The position numbers and the translations under genes were made by a program. This document shows, in pieces, positions 47,325 through 48,702 of a stretch of DNA of 48,702 bases. Source of the stretch: Guillardia theta CCMP2712 (taxonomy: Eukaryota > Protista > Cryptophyta); NCBI RefSeq assembly GCF_000315625.1, contig NW_005434615.1:444344-493045 (forward strand), given 5' to 3'. Under the pieces are notes generated by a model. That model did no database searches. It had not been told where the DNA came from and saw nothing but the letters and a program-made list of their open reading frames with translations. Positions within the stretch are counted from its first letter, which is position 1; the number at the start of each line of letters is the position of its first letter.

Positions 47325-48702
47325 AATGGATTTACTGGCAGAAGGTAAAAAGTGCCTCAAGCAAAACAAAGCAGGAACAAGCTGAACCGGCAGGCACACA
47401 GTCCACAGCGAGAAGCTGCACAATCACACACAAAACACAAGCCCGAAAAGAACCAGCACTGCGGGCACCCAGACGCGGCAGCGCCAGCCCAAGCGCGAAG
47501 CCGCGCAGACAAGCAGCCGAAGGGTCAAGCAATCAAGCAACAAGCAGCAGGAGCATGCAGGAGGAATAAAATCCCTTAGACGCGATACCCGGAGGCAGCC
47601 GACTGACCACTGTCAGTCGAGACGTCCGCTGCCGCCACAAAGCGGGCGGCCGCGGACGGAGAAAGGGCAGCCGCCGACAAGGAGCCGGCGTTGCCCGGGG
47701 GTCCGCCTGGGGCAGCGGACGGAGGGAGGCTGGACACAGGAACACGGTACCGCTCGAGGTAGTCCTCCTCGCTAGCCTCCGAGTCAGCGGTAGCCGAGTC
47801 AGTGGTAGCCGCCCGTGACGGCGGCGACGCCGCAGCAATGCCCAAGGACCGGCGTGACCCGACCGATGCCGGGGAGGAAGCAGGCGAGCTCGGACCAGCA
47901 GCAAGCACCCCAGTGGTGTCGAGCTCTCCGGAGGCACCCGACGTCACAGTGAGGGACGGAGACGCCTCGCCAGCTCCGCGCCGATCGTCGGGGCCACTCG
48001 AAGGGTGTCCCCCATCGGAGTCGGAGACCTCCGCCGAAGACTCCTCGGGCGACTCGACAAAGTCCGAGGAGGAGCTGTCCTCTGGCTCGAGAAGTGCTTG
48101 CGCCCGCAAGGGCGTCATGCGCCTCGCACCAGACAAGAGCGCTTCCAGCTGATAGGTGGCGGCGCGTTTGCGAGCCAAGACCTCAGCAGCAGGTCCGTCA
48201 TCAGGCACGAAGTGCCGACCAAACGCCGCATCCTCAAGAGGCATTGAGCGCTGAGCAATGATGTCCGCGAGATACCAGATGAAGCGGAGGGTGTCAGGAT
48301 GCAGGGTACCGTACCGTCCGTCGAGATGGCAAGAGGGATGAACGCTCGAGGAGGAGTAGTCATGGCATATGCAGCGCGATGTTTGCGAATCTTCTCAGAC
48401 GCTGCAACATGGAGGGCGTCGAGGTTGACCTCCCCCCACTTGGTCAGGTCGGCAGAGCTACCAAGGGATCATAGGATTTACTGGCAGAAGGTAAAAAGTG
48501 CCTCAAGCAAAACAAAGCAGGAACAAGCTGAACCGGCAGGCACACAGTCCACAGCGAGAAGCTGCACAATCACACACAAAACACAAGCCCGAAAAGAACC
48601 AGCACTGCTGGCAATGTAAGGGTGGACCAACGTCACGTCCGCCATCAAGCCCTCGTACTGCTCGGACCCTCGATCGCGGATTCCAGGAATGTGGATATCG
48701 CC
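47325..48702 (-). mobile_element. 3' part of the retroelement: RLE, acidic/Ser-rich tail, stop at 47576 and 3' UTR, interrupted at ~48470-48614 by a truncated copy of its own 3' end
   Basis: GDIHIPGIRDRGSEQYEGLMADVTLVHPY [insert] LGSSADLTKWGEVNLDALHVAASEKIRKH...FIPLAISTDG; the ORF ends GYRV*; a T/G-rich UTR ends GTAAATCCATT. Confidence 0.8.

Larger units (their letters stand above)
43377..48702. mobile_element. Nested cluster of fragments of one RLE-clade (CRE-like) non-LTR retrotransposon, continuing past the window end
   Basis: RT on +; zinc knuckle and RLE fragments on -; the same terminal segment (ending GTAAATCC[ATT]) occurs 6 times; internal modules duplicated 2-4 times in both orientations. 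Confidence 0.88.

Noticed and set aside
43377-48702. DIRS/Ngaro split direct repeats or LTRs
   Set aside because: No tyrosine recombinase, RNase H or integrase motifs. The RT motifs and RLE are non-LTR type, and the repeats are explained as truncated 3' ends.

Overview
Eukaryotic nuclear DNA with dense genes and short GT-AG introns. It is most likely from a cryptophyte alga such as Guillardia or Hanusia, inferred from a granule-bound starch synthase carrying a signal peptide plus transit peptide. About 16 protein genes can be assembled by splicing: a coiled-coil protein, SEC14/CRAL-TRIO-GOLD, an NHL-repeat protein, a myristoylated calcineurin-B-like EF-hand protein, an MGDG-synthase-like GT28, a Kelch protein, two PDZ proteins, a U2AF65-like factor, GBSS, a two-domain membrane nucleotidyl cyclase, a secreted Cys-rich/LysM-like protein, SRP40/Nopp140-like, UBL-UBA and two hypotheticals. 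The last 5.3 kb is a scrambled nest of one CRE-like non-LTR retrotransposon with a restriction-like endonuclease (RLE): RT on +, endonuclease and 3' end mostly on -, and several 5'-truncated copies inserted into each other. Main oddities: the self-nesting retroelement, a cyclase with swapped C1/C2 roles, a U2AF65 with two RRM1-type domains alongside purine-rich introns, GBSS with VTGG in place of KTGG plus an LRGG motif, and GTATCCG arrays about 20 nt before two unrelated start codons. All calls come from manual motif reading, and exon boundaries are approximate.
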